A DNA stretch of 64,000 bases from NCBI RefSeq assembly GCF_000143415.4, contig NW_003314330.1, positions 62,001 to 126,000 on the forward strand, read 5' to 3'. Below, piece by piece: positions 48,985 through 60,072 of this stretch. Numbering within the stretch: the stretch's first letter is position 1; each line of letters opens with the position of its first letter. The translations under genes were made by a program, and so were the position numbers. The stretch is from Selaginella moellendorffii (taxonomy: Eukaryota > Plantae > Lycopodiophyta). The notes beneath the pieces are model-generated. The model had not been told where the DNA came from. It ran no database searches and saw only the letters and a program-made list of their open reading frames with translations.

Positions 48985-49146
48985 TGTAGTGCATGTGATC
49001 ATGAGATAGAATTTGGATATATTGTCACTATAAGTCCTTGGAACCTTAGGAAATAAATGGAAATAAAATAGGCATTAAAAGCTCTTTTATCAAACAATTA
49101 TCCTTTTTCCAGTTGGTTTAAAAAAAAAGAGATAAAGTGTGATACA
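48985..49146 (+). mobile_element. Solo LTR of the 45.4-kb TRIM family, opposite orientation
   Basis: TGTAGTGCA...ccttggaaccttaggaaataaatgg..aaatag...GATACA is the reverse complement of the TRIM LTR; no clear TSD. Confidence 0.7.
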
Positions 49147-49498
49147 TGTGGTATTAAAGCAAATGGTAAGGGTTTAATTTTCATTGATTAATGGCTACTT
49201 AAAATATAATATACCCTTAAGTAATATATATTCCTATCCTTATTGCTCCTCCTTGCCATAGACAAAGGAATAATTAATTGCTCACATAGAATAGCTAGTT
49301 TAGTTGTCCTAGTATGCAGCAAGAAGCTTCTATTTTTATAAATTCCAAGGAGCTGGTCAGGACACACAAGCTGGGGACATTTGTACAACTAGACAGGAGT
49401 CTGGTTCTAATTTAATTAAGTGGCTTGTATTGACTTATTGGGCTTGTAAGAGCACGGACTAGCTGTTTTATTTACAACTCTTGAGAAGTAACTCTGCA

Positions 49499-50102
49499 TT
49501 ATCTTCTCTCTAGACAAGGAACTGGATTGGCCAAAGCATTACTGATTGTAACGTCGTTGGCAACCAGATAGTAGTTAAAGCTGGAGGGGCGGCAAGGGTT
49601 GTTCGGATCACCATACACAAACCGGAACCACATCTTTACCACACCATTAGTCTTGGACTCACCAATCGCTCCACATTCTGTGCATAAGCCCCCATGTTGA
49701 AGTTGCCATTCTGTGGGAAAATGTTCCACTTGACAGTTCCCAGTCCTCCCTGGTTCTTGCCGATAATGTGACCAGCTTGATCGCCCTTCTTCCCATTAGC
49801 CGCCTTGATACCAATCTCGGCTACTCAGTCTCGCATTGCTGGATTCGTGTTTGTGCCTCTGCCCAGATCACTCCTGCGAATTTCTGCATAGAGATACTCA
49901 ACAACATCCACATTGGGCTTGCATCGCTTAAAGTTGACCTCCTTGACAGGCTGCGCAACTCCCAGCCTGAATTCATTACCTTGAGGCATGGAATTCAACC
50001 ACTCCCCTCCCATGACTATGTTGGTTGGACGCTGTGTGATAGCCTGGGTTATATGAGGAAGGAGAGTCAATGGTAGCAGGAGAATCTTGCATAAGTGAGC
50101 CT
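49499..50102 (-). pseudogene. Secreted non-specific endonuclease, copy 1 (pseudogene)
   Basis: Colinear with 56016-56612 but ATG changed to AGG, TGG to TGA at 49825, a 7-nt deletion near 49657, and loss of the stop codon. Confidence 0.9.
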
Positions 50103-50828
50103 TTATATCTTGCTCTTGCTCATGCTCTTGGCTGGATATTTATATTGAGAAACCGGGTAAAGATTTTCAACACTCACGGGTTTGAACAACTTTAAGTCTG
50201 AATCAACGGCCACGTTGTGCCACGTTAGAAGCAAACGTTAACAACCCTAAGCCGTCTCTTCTAAAACGCGTTGGTAGGAAAACTTATCTTTTCTGCCTAC
50301 CATGATGCTAACCCATTGATAGAAGGACGGGAATTGCAAAGCTAAATGTTTAAACTGACGTTAATCAGTGAGGATAGATTACGTCCTGGAAACGCAGAAG
50401 AAGGAAAGTACCATGGCGATGGCACTACAAAACGAACTCGTGAGCTCGTACCTCGAGCTTGTCCACGGTTTTCACTTGAGAGTGCCGTGCACAGAAACCA
50501 AGCGTGGCTGCAAGCGCAGCAAAGTTTTTGAAGAATTGGTAGCAGCTAGAGTGCCAGAAGATGTCACCTCTTTGCTAGATCAAGAGGAAGCGGAACTATG
50601 CATGTTCATTGATGAGAACATCCTCTGCACATAATTCTCAAGACTGCAATACTGATTTTCACTCTTAAGGTCTTCCAAATCTGATAACTTGAGTATGTGC
50701 TGAAAGGGAAGCTGCAGAAAGATGGTTAGCCGGTGGCATTTGTATAGCGAGACACGAGTACACGGTTTAAGTACTTTTATTGGGCTAGTTCTTGGAACTA
50801 GCCGTTTCATTTACGGCTCCTCCTAGCT

Positions 50829-51425
50829 TCAAGGAACTGGATTGGCCAAAGCATTACTGATTGTAACGTTGTTGGCAACCAGATAGTACTTAAAGCTGGA
50901 CGGGCGGCAAGTGTTGTTCCGATCACCATACACAAACTGGAACCACATCTTCACCAAACCATTTGTTTTGGTGGCGTCACTCACCAATCGCTCCACACTC
51001 TGTGCATAAGCCCCCATATTGAAGTTGCCATTCTGTGGGAAAATGTTCCACTTCACAGTTCCCAATCCTCCCTGGTTCTTCCCGATAATGTGACCAGCTT
51101 GATCGCCCTTCTTCCCGTTCGCCGCCTTGATACCAATCTGGGCTACCCAGTCTCGCATTGCCGGATTCGTATTTGTACCTCTGCCCAGATCGCTCCTGCG
51201 AATTTCTGCATAGAGATACTCAACAACATCCACGTTCGGCTTGCATTGCTTAAAGTTGACCTCCTTGACGGGCTGCACTACTCCCGGCCTGAATTCATTC
51301 CCTCGCGGCATGGAATTCACCCACTCCCCTCCCATGATTACGCTGGCTGGACGCTGTGTGATGGCCTGGGCGATATGAGGGAAGAGAATCAACGGTAGCA
51401 GAAGAAGCTTGCACAAGTGAGCCAT
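50829..51425 (-). CDS. Secreted DNA/RNA non-specific endonuclease (His-Me finger, Endonuclea_NS_2-like), 198 aa
   Basis: Signal peptide MAHLCKLLLLPLILFPHIAQA; motif GDQAGHIIGKNQGG..NIFPQNGNFNMGAY..VE; intronless. Confidence 0.8.
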   Translation of the reverse strand: MAHLCKLLLLPLILFPHIAQAITQRPASVIMGGEWVNSMPRGNEFRPGVVQPVKEVNFKQCKPNVDVVEYLYAEIRRSDLGRGTNTNPAMRDWVAQIGIKAANGKKGDQAGHIIGKNQGGLGTVKWNIFPQNGNFNMGAYAQSVERLVSDATKTNGLVKMWFQFVYGDRNNTCRPSSFKYYLVANNVTISNALANPVP

Positions 51426-51619
51426 TGCGAAACACCGTTGATGATGGCCTCTTGATATTGGGTGGGTATTTGTATTGAAGATCCGGGTGGAAAATTTCAA
51501 CACTCGTGTCACGACTTCTAAGTCTGAATCAACGGCCAGGATTGTCCCAGGAAGTGAATGGAATTCTACGTGGCAACCCTGTCTCGTCTTTTAACTGACT
51601 ATGGAGATTCTTTTCTTAA

Positions 51620-53620
51620 TCTCTTATTATCATACTACCAGGAGCAACCCAGCAAATCCTAGATGATTCACTCGCACCTTCACCACCTTGAAACAAAATG
51701 GAAGAAAGAAAAAAACAAAGGAGATAGAGAGAGAGAAAAGAGAATTCCAAGCTAGAAAGCTGGAACGAATTTCGCCCATATACATTGCCTGTGAGAAGCA
51801 AATCTGTGTGAGTGTGGCATATCCTTTGTACAGAGTTCTCCATCCTTCTCACAAGGCAATAGTGTAAAGAGCATCAAAAGGCCCTTTGTATATGCATTGC
51901 CACAGCCCCTTGAACAAAGAGCACCATTATTCTCCAGAAGAAGAAAAAAACATTGGAAGAACATTCCAAAGATTGAAAAGAAGAATTCAATACAAAATAG
52001 CCTTAAAGCGCAGCTATTAGTCAAGATTTGACAGTGATATGATGCCATCCACTAGCATCCACTAGCGTCCCAGCTTAGAACATCTCAAGCACCCAATTTT
52101 CTAAGAGTTCAAGCCCTTATATTCTAGAATCCACCTTTTAATTCCAACCTTTGGAATAGGAAACTAGATGGAAGAAAGACAAAATTTATCTATCTTACCA
52201 GGATGGGAATAGTTAAGGACAAATCTCATCCAGGTCTCTTCTGCATGAACACACTCATTTTTCCCAGCATTTGTACACACTTTGGAGTTGCTATGGCTTC
52301 TGCAAATAAAAACCTCCAGCTCAGGCTGAGGATTTTGCAAAAAAGAGTACAATAATCATTTAAGAATTCCTCTTTAAAATTAAATAACTTATGGAGCATT
52401 TTGATTTTAATATTGTTAATCCCTTCATATCATAAAATAAATGTATTACTATTACAAATTCATCACCAGTCATTGGCAATTGTAAATGAAAGTTTAGTGG
52501 GTGTGTCTTAAGTTTTTGGGGCCACTCCCTACAGTATTTTAAAAGGATCTATATGCGCTAGTATACACAGTAAACTTCTATTTTCTGAAGCATTGGTATG
52601 AGATCGCTTGTGCAAATTTCTGCATAGAGATACTCAGCAACATCCACGTTGGGCTTGCATCACTTAAAGTTGACCTCCTTAACAGGCTGTGCTACGGCTT
52701 GAATTCATTCCCTCGTGGCATGGAACTCAAGTCTCCCATGACTATGTTGGCTGCACTGGCTTGGGCGATATGAGGGAGGAGAATCAACGTAGCAGGAGAA
52801 GCTTGCAAAAGTGACCCATTGCGAAACACCGTTGATGATGGATATGGGAATTCCACGTGGCATGCATGAATATTCTTTCCTTAGGATTATCATACCACCC
52901 AGAAAATCCTCGACGTGATTCCACTCGCAAAACCTCCCCATCCCTAGTTTCTCTAGATTGCGGTGCAGGCCCAGCGTAAGTCGTACAGCTCGAAACATTG
53001 CTCTTGCCTTGGACTTGGATCCTCGTCTTGATCACGACGCAGATGATGAACTTCTTTGGTGGTAAATAGATTGTATTATATGATACAATAACGCAAACCC
53101 CCGATAAAGGAAGCTCATTCCTTCTTGCCCGGTATCCAAAGATCCCTGTAAGGAATCCAAAAAGTCATCAAATTCCATCTTTTGTTTGTAGAAAAAAGAG
53201 TAACTTGTAGCAGCCTTGAAAGCTTGCACCATTTGTCTCTGCCGTATAAGAGTGGCAGCTAATCCACCTCCAAATTGCACTGCGGAAACGAAATGGAAGA
53301 AAACAAGGAGAGCAAGTGTATCGCGTCGGCCAGAATCGCTAAGCTGTTGGCCATGAATCCTCCAATCACTTCCACCACAAATACAGAGAAAAAGGAGAAA
53401 AATCCAAGCTAGAATTCTGGAACGATTTTCTTGGCGGATTGATAGACGACCATATGTATACATTGCCTGTGAGAAGCAAATCTGTGTGATCGTGGCCTAT
53501 CCTTTGTAGAGAGTTCTCCATCCTGACAATAGTGTAAAGAGCATTGAAAGACGGCACTGCCAGTTCCACCTCGTTGATCCTGGGAAGCAGAAACACACAA
53601 AGATCGCCATTATTCTCCGT
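51620..53620 (-). pseudogene. Mitochondrial carrier family pseudogene fragments (about 51620-51950 and 52860-53620)
   Basis: NALYTI..LYKG, AVQFGGGLAATL, GQEGMSFLYRGF and VIKTRIQVQG; broken frames. Confidence 0.7.
52601..52820 (-). pseudogene. Endonuclease copy 3, 5' fragment
   Basis: MGHFCKLLL..MPRGNEF..VKEVNFK*CKPNVDVAEYLYAEI with frameshifts; truncated. Confidence 0.85.
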
Positions 53621-53799
53621 TTTTTATTTAAAAAGAACGAAATATGCTCGCAGCTATAAGGCATTCGATTCAATCTCTGCTGCAAAGAAACAATAGAGTT
53701 TCCTTGTTTTCCTTCTTGTTCCCAAGCAAAAGAATCTACACACCATCGACCGAGAGCATAGATTCACTAGCCCTAAATATTTTCAAAAAGAAAAGAGAA

Positions 53800-53871
53800 C
53801 GCCGTTGCCGGGGATCGAACCCGGGTCGTCCGCGTGACAGGCGGAAATACTCACCACTATACTACAACGAC
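53800..53871 (-). tRNA. tRNA-Asp(GTC)
   Basis: 72-nt cloverleaf differing by 1 nt from 22566-22637, followed directly by TTCTCTTTTCTTTTT (Pol III terminator). Confidence 0.97.
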
Positions 53872-54184
53872 ATTGACATTTATCAAAGCTGGCTATCTGT
53901 CTTAACAGTCAAAGGTATTAAGCAACCTTATTCCCACTTTTTAACGCTTTACGATTGGGAATAGTGAAAGACAAATTTCATCTAGGTTTTGTGTGCCGAG
54001 TTGCTTCATTCTGCCAAATGAACACGCGCTTTTCGTTAGCATCTGTGTAAACTTTGGAGCTGCTATGGCTTTTGCAAATATAAAAGCCTCCAACTCTGGC
54101 CATGAATTCATCCTCCTCTAGTTGCCTTCCAAATCAATAGATACTTCTAAGCAAAGCTCTTTAGATCACAAAGGTTCAAGAGAT

Positions 54185-54778
54185 ATGTCGATGGCTTACT
54201 TGCTAGTGTGCTCTTTGTTTCTCGCAGTAGGAGTTTATGCCGCAGACCCGGAACTTGTCTCAGATTACGCTGCTGAACCCACCGCCACCAATGCGAGCTT
54301 CTTCACTTTCACTGCCTTTCGCGGCCATGTCAGGGCTGCGCCAGGAGCTTTCATGGTGAGGAAGGCATCGCTTGTGGAATTCCCAGGTCTTGCTGGTCAG
54401 GGCGTCTCCATGGCCCAGCTCTTCTTCCAGCCAAGCTCGGTCAATCCCCCCCACATCCATCCCCGGGCCTCGGAGCTCCTCTACGTTTTAGAGGGCTCCC
54501 TCGCCGTTGGCCTGGTGGACACCACCAACAAGCTATTCGTCCAGAAGCTTGGGACGGGCGATGCGTTCGTGTTTCCGAAGGGTCTCGTCCACTTCCAATT
54601 CAACGAAGGACAGTACGCAGCCAAGGCCATCTCAGCCTTCGGGAGCTCCAATGCCGGCACTGTTTCCATCCCCGCCACCATCTTTGGGTCTGGAATCGAC
54701 GATCAAGTTCTAAGCAAGGCCTTCAAAGTGGGCATAGACACCATCCATACGCTCAAAGCGGCTATCCTGAAATTCTGA
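54185..54778 (+). CDS. Germin-like protein
   Basis: Signal peptide, NPPHIHPRASELLYV and GDAFVFPKGLVHFQFN. TATAAAA at about 54079. Confidence 0.95.
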   Translation: MSMAYLLVCSLFLAVGVYAADPELVSDYAAEPTATNASFFTFTAFRGHVRAAPGAFMVRKASLVEFPGLAGQGVSMAQLFFQPSSVNPPHIHPRASELLYVLEGSLAVGLVDTTNKLFVQKLGTGDAFVFPKGLVHFQFNEGQYAAKAISAFGSSNAGTVSIPATIFGSGIDDQVLSKAFKVGIDTIHTLKAAILKF

Positions 54779-56015
54779 AATTGATATGCCTTAATTGGCA
54801 TCTTTTGTATTTGTGGAGCTTTTGCTTTCCTCCATAAATTAAAAGTGCATCATGGTTCAAGAGAATTTGGAATTTTTGAATTGCAAGAAGTTTGCAAGTT
54901 TGGAAAATATTGAAGAAAATGGGAAGTTGTGTTGGTCATATTAGGTCAAATCCTTACATCAAAGAGATGTGGAGCGTTTGATTGTTCACGGGATTCATTC
55001 TCCGCACCAAACTATTGTTTGAATTTAAAATTCACTGCAACAGTGGTGACCCGGTTCCCGTATAACAAGATCCAAATCTAGGCTTAACCACATTGTCCAA
55101 TTGTACTCTACCATTTGCCTTTTTTCATACATTAGGTTGATGGAATCTCCTATATTAAGCTGCCAATTTGTCTTTGTGTCTTTTGACAAAAAAAAAACTA
55201 TTTATATCCACATAAGGATCTCCATTGGAAGAAGGCCACTTTCCAAGACAAGAATGGACTTTTGTATATGAACAAGTCCTCTAGCATATCCCATATGCAT
55301 TGTGAAAGTTTTGGACCTGTAATTTCATGGCAGTTAGTTTGGAAACTGTAATAAGCAAATTGTGCTACCTTGACACAGTCTTTCACTCCCTCTTTCCATG
55401 TGCATCTTCAATGGAGAGAATAGGCTAGGTACTTGTAAATGTTCATCTCAGCAATTTGTTCTCCATTGTAGCAGCAGATTTTGGAGGTTGGGTTTTTAAA
55501 GATCATTAAAACCATCTCTACTAGATTCCCTTACTCTTTTAATTGAAGAAGTATGATATTTATCATCTTAGCTAATAACCTAATCAAGTTAATAATGTAT
55601 TGCTCTATAAATCATCTATCAGCTTAATAACCCAGGAATAAAAATTACTTTGTAATATTACTGATATTGCTCAACACCTAATCAAGTTATTAATGTATTA
55701 ATAGCCCAACAATTTTACTTATAATGCATTGAAGTGTTGTTTAGTGCAATTTCTGGTGTGACAAGTTATCGGCCAAGTCAAGGCTTGCCATCTAATATCA
55801 AACAGTTGTCCTGTTATGCAGCAATAAGTTTTTATTTTTAAGATTCCAAGGAGCTGGTCAGGACACACAAGCTGGGGGCATTTGTACAACTAGACAGGAG
55901 TCTGGTTCTACTTTAATTAAGTGGCTTGTATTGACTTACTGAGCTAGTTAAGAGCAAGGACTAGCTGTTTTATTTACGACTCTTGAGAAGTAGCTCTGCA
56001 TTATCTTCGCTCTAG

Positions 56016-56612
56016 TCAAGGAACTGGATTGGCCAAAGCGTTATTGATTGTAACGTCGTTGGCAACCAGATAGTACTTAAAGCTGGAGGGGCGGCAAGGG
56101 TTGTTCCGATCACCATACACAAACTGGAACCACATCTTTACCACACCATTAGTCTTGGTGGCATCACTCACCAATCGCTCCACATTCTGTGCATAAGCCC
56201 CCATGTTGAAGTTGCCATTCTGTGGGAAGATGTTCCACTTGACAGTTCCCAGTCCTCCCTGGTTCTTCCCGATAATGTGACCAGCTTGATCGCCCTTCGT
56301 CCCATTGGCCGCCTTGATACCAATTTCGGCTACCCAGTCTCGCATTGCCGGATTCGTGTTTGTGCCTCTGCCCAGATCGCTCCTGCGAATTTCTGCATAG
56401 AGGTACTCAACAACATCCACATTGGGCTTGCATCGCTTAAAGTTGACCTCCTTGACAGGCTGCGACACTCCCGGCCTGAATTCATTACCTTGAGGCATGG
56501 AATTCAACCACTCCCCTCCCATGACTATGTTGGCTGGACGCTGTGTGATGGCCTGGGTTATATGAGGAAGGAGAATCAATGGTAGCAGGAGAAGCTTGCA
56601 AAAGTGAGCCAT
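56016..56612 (-). CDS. Secreted DNA/RNA non-specific endonuclease, copy 4, 198 aa
   Basis: Intact, close paralogue of 50829-51425 with the same catalytic motif. TATAAAT at about 56651-56657. Confidence 0.8.
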   Translation of the reverse strand: MAHFCKLLLLPLILLPHITQAITQRPANIVMGGEWLNSMPQGNEFRPGVSQPVKEVNFKRCKPNVDVVEYLYAEIRRSDLGRGTNTNPAMRDWVAEIGIKAANGTKGDQAGHIIGKNQGGLGTVKWNIFPQNGNFNMGAYAQNVERLVSDATKTNGVVKMWFQFVYGDRNNPCRPSSFKYYLVANDVTINNALANPVP

Positions 56613-57239
56613 TGCGAGACACTATATCTTGCTCTTGCTCTTGGCTGGATATTTATATTGAGAAACCGGGTAAGATTTTCAACACTCACGGGTTTGAACG
56701 ACTTTAAGTCTGAATCAGCCACGTTGTGAATAACAACTCTAAGCCGTCTCTTTTTCTGCCGGTAAATTTATTGCAAATTTAAATGTTTAAACTGACGTTA
56801 ATCAGCTTCTGGAAACAAAGAAGGAAAGTGCCATGGCGATGGCAGCGCTACAAAGCTCGTGAGCTCGTACCTCGAGCTTGTCCACGGTTTTCACTTGAGA
56901 GTGCCTTGCACAGAAGCGTTGTTGCAAGCGCAGCAAAGTTTTTGAAGAATTGGTAGCAGCTAGAGTGCCAGAAGATGTCACCTCTTTGCTAGATCAAGAG
57001 GAAGCGGAATTATGCATGTTCATTGATGAGAACATCCTCTGGCATAATGCTCATACTGATTTTCACTCTTACAGTCTTCTTTGGTACGTGGCAAAATACA
57101 GCTCCGTCCTTGCCTTGGAAAATTTCAGCACTCGTGTCACGACTTTGAAGTCTGAATCAACGGCGAGGATTGTCCCAGGGAGTGAATGGAATTCTTCTTT
57201 TTACTGACGTTAATCCAATTTTTGCTTAATCTCTTATTA

Positions 57240-58810
57240 TCACCAGGAAAATCCTCGATGATTCACTAACCTCTTCGTGGCATCCGCAGGCCCAGCGTAA
57301 GTCGTGCAGCTCGAAATGTTACTGGACTTGGATCCTCGTCCTGATCACGTCCTGGAAACGTAAAAGAAAAGGGACTATAAGAAAACATTGAAAATTACCA
57401 TGGGATTTGTCACGGCAGCAGCGATGGCAGCGCTACAAAACGAGCTCGCCAGCTCGTACCTCACGTCGAGCTTGTCCACAGTTTCCGCTTGCGAGTGCCG
57501 CACACAGAGCTTCTTTGACGCTCCCCACAGTGGTAGATAGATTGCATTAGACGGTCCCCATACAATCTCAAATTCCCTATAAAGGGAGGTGTGCCTGTCC
57601 AAAGTTCTAGCGACATCCAGAGATCCCTGTAAGAAATCAACCTTTGTTCATAAAAAGAGAGAGCGAGTTTTCCTTCATTTACCCCTTTCTTTCTTCAAAG
57701 AATCAAAGAAAAGTTACTCACTATTAGTCAAGAATTGACAGTGATGTGACAATTTTCTAAAAGTTCAAGTCAAATGAAAAGCGTGACAGCACCGGTTCTT
57801 TAAGCATAACGGCATTCTTAACAATGAAATCCCTTATAGCCAGGCACTGTCCACACCTTTTAATTCCAACCTTTGGAATAGGAAAATAGATGGGAATAGT
57901 GAAAGAAAGACAAGATTTATCTATCTTATTATCCAGGATGGGAATAGTCAAAGAGAAATCTCATCGAGCTCTCTTCTGCTGGTATCCTACAGTATTTTAA
58001 AAGCAATTATTTAATCACATGAACATTATCATACCACCGGGAGCACCCCAGAAAATCCTCGACGTGATTCCACTCGCAAAGCCTCCCCATTTCTCGTTTC
58101 TCTGGCATCTGCAGGCCCAGTGTAAGTCGTGCAGCTCGAAATATTGCTCTTGCCTTGGACTTGTATCCTCATCTTGATCACGCCAGAATCCATAAGAAAA
58201 CATTGAAAAGTAGCATGGGATTTGTCACAGTGGCAGCGATGGCAGCGCTACAAAACGAGCTTGCGAGCATCGAGCATCGAGCTTGTCCACGGTTTCCCCG
58301 CGCATAGATCTTCTTTGAACGTCTTTGGTGGTAAATAGATTGCATTATATGGTCCCCATACAATAACGCAAACCCCCGGTAAAGGGAGCTCAGTCCGGCA
58401 TCCAAAGATCCCTGTAATAAATCAGAAAATATCATCAAATTCCATCTTTTGTTCGTAGAAAAACGAGCACCTTGTAGCAGCCTTAAGGTTGCACCATTTG
58501 TCTCTGCCGTATAGCATCCACTCTGCCGTATAAGAGTGGCAGCTAATCCACCTCCAAATTGCACTGCGGGATTATCTTTACGAAATGAGAAAACAAAGGA
58601 AATACAGACGAAAAAGAGAAAAATCCAAGCTAGAATCCTGGAACGATTTTCTTGGTGGATTGATAGACGACCATATGTATACATTGCCTGTGAGAAGCAA
58701 ATCTGTGTGATCGTGGCCTATCCATCCTGGCTATAGTGTAAAGAGCGTTGAAAGACGGCAATTCCAGTTCCAGCTCGTTGAACCTGGAAGAATTAAAAAA
58801 ACAAAGATCG
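57240..58810 (-). pseudogene. Mitochondrial carrier family pseudogene fragments (second cassette copy)
   Basis: YELASSFCSAAIAAAVTNPM, LSSLYRGFALLY and AVQFGGGLAATLIRQ; frameshifted. Confidence 0.7.
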
Positions 58811-59007
58811 GGATTATTCTCCGAAAGAAAAAAGAAATTGAAAGAACATAAAAAAGGACGATTCAATACCAAATAGCCTTGAAGCTTGCGGATGGCATCA
58901 CATACCCGATTGCTGGTGTGTAGATTCTTTGGTCTAGGAACAAGAAGGAAAACAAGGAAACTCTACTGTTTCTTTTCAGCAGAGATCGAATTGTAAGAAA
59001 AAGAGAC

Positions 59008-59078
59008 TGCCGTTGCTGGAATAGAACCCGGGTCGTCTGCGTGGCAGGCAGAAATACTCACCAGTATACTACAATGAC
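59008..59078 (-). pseudogene. tRNA-Asp-derived pseudogene (anticodon now GCC)
   Basis: Colinear with 53800-53871 but with several substitutions, TTCG changed to TTCT in the B box, and a 1-nt deletion. Confidence 0.85.
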
Positions 59079-59475
59079 ATTGACATTTCCAAATTAAAAG
59101 CTACGGTTGTACCTTTACAACGTTATTCCTATAACCATATAGTCCAGAATCCACACCTTTTCATAATTCCCTCAACCCTTTACCATTTGAAAGATTGGGA
59201 ATAGTGAAAGGAAGACAAGATTTGTCTATCGTATCCTGGATGGACAATAGTCAAGGACAAATTTCATCCAGGTCTCGTGTGCTGAGTTGCTTCATTCCGC
59301 CAGACGCACACGCGCATTTCCCAGCATCTGTACGAACTTTGGTGTTGCTATGGCATTTGCAAATATAAAAGCCTCCAGCTCTGCCCATGAATTCATCCTC
59401 CCCTTCAGCTAATTGCCTTCCAAAACAATAGACACTTCTAAGCAAAGCTCTTTAGATCGCAAAGGATCAAGAAAT

Positions 59476-60072
59476 ATGTCGATGGCCTACTTGCTAGTGT
59501 GCTCTTTGTTTCTCGCGGTAGGAGTTTTTGCCGCAGACCCGGAGCTTGTCTCGGATTATGCTGCTGATCCCACCGCCACCAACGCGAGCTTCTTCACTTT
59601 CACTGCCTTTCACGGCGATGTCACAGCTGCACCAGGAACTTTCATGGTGAGGAAGGCATCGCTTGTGGAATTCCCAGGTCTTACTGGTCTGGGCGTCTCC
59701 ATGGCCCAGCTCTTCTTCCAGCCAAGCTCGGTCAATCCCCCACACATCCATCCCCGGGCCTCGGAGCTCCTCTACGTTTTAGAGGGCTCCCTCGCCGTTG
59801 GCCTGGTGGACACCACCAACAAGCTATTCGTCCAGAAGCTTGGGACGGGCGATGCGTTCGTGTTTCCGAAGGGTCTCGTCCACTTCCAATTCAACGAAGG
59901 ACAGTACGCAGCCAAGGCCATCTCAGCCTTCGGGAGCTCCAATGCCGGCACTGTTTCCATCCCCGCCACCATCTTTGGGTCTGGAATCGACGATCAAGTT
60001 CTAAGCAAGGCCTTCAAAGTGGGCATAGACACCATCCAGACGCTCAAAGCGGCTTTTGCAGTGAAATCCTGA
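59476..60072 (+). CDS. Germin-like protein
   Basis: Paralogue of 54185-54778; germin boxes intact. Confidence 0.95.
   Translation: MSMAYLLVCSLFLAVGVFAADPELVSDYAADPTATNASFFTFTAFHGDVTAAPGTFMVRKASLVEFPGLTGLGVSMAQLFFQPSSVNPPHIHPRASELLYVLEGSLAVGLVDTTNKLFVQKLGTGDAFVFPKGLVHFQFNEGQYAAKAISAFGSSNAGTVSIPATIFGSGIDDQVLSKAFKVGIDTIQTLKAAFAVKS

Noticed and set aside
50368-50634. Small acidic ORF next to the nucleases as a candidate immunity or inhibitor protein (second copy about 56830-57050)
   Set aside because: Its 5' half is the antisense of a mitochondrial-carrier fragment and the second copy is frameshifted. It looks like chimeric debris, although the VFEELVAARVPEDV block remains unidentified.
49499-56612. 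Bacterial contamination as the source of the nuclease genes
   Set aside because: The copies are interleaved with plant GLPs, a eukaryotic tRNA and plant TEs, at least two have TATA boxes, and they show local duplication and decay.
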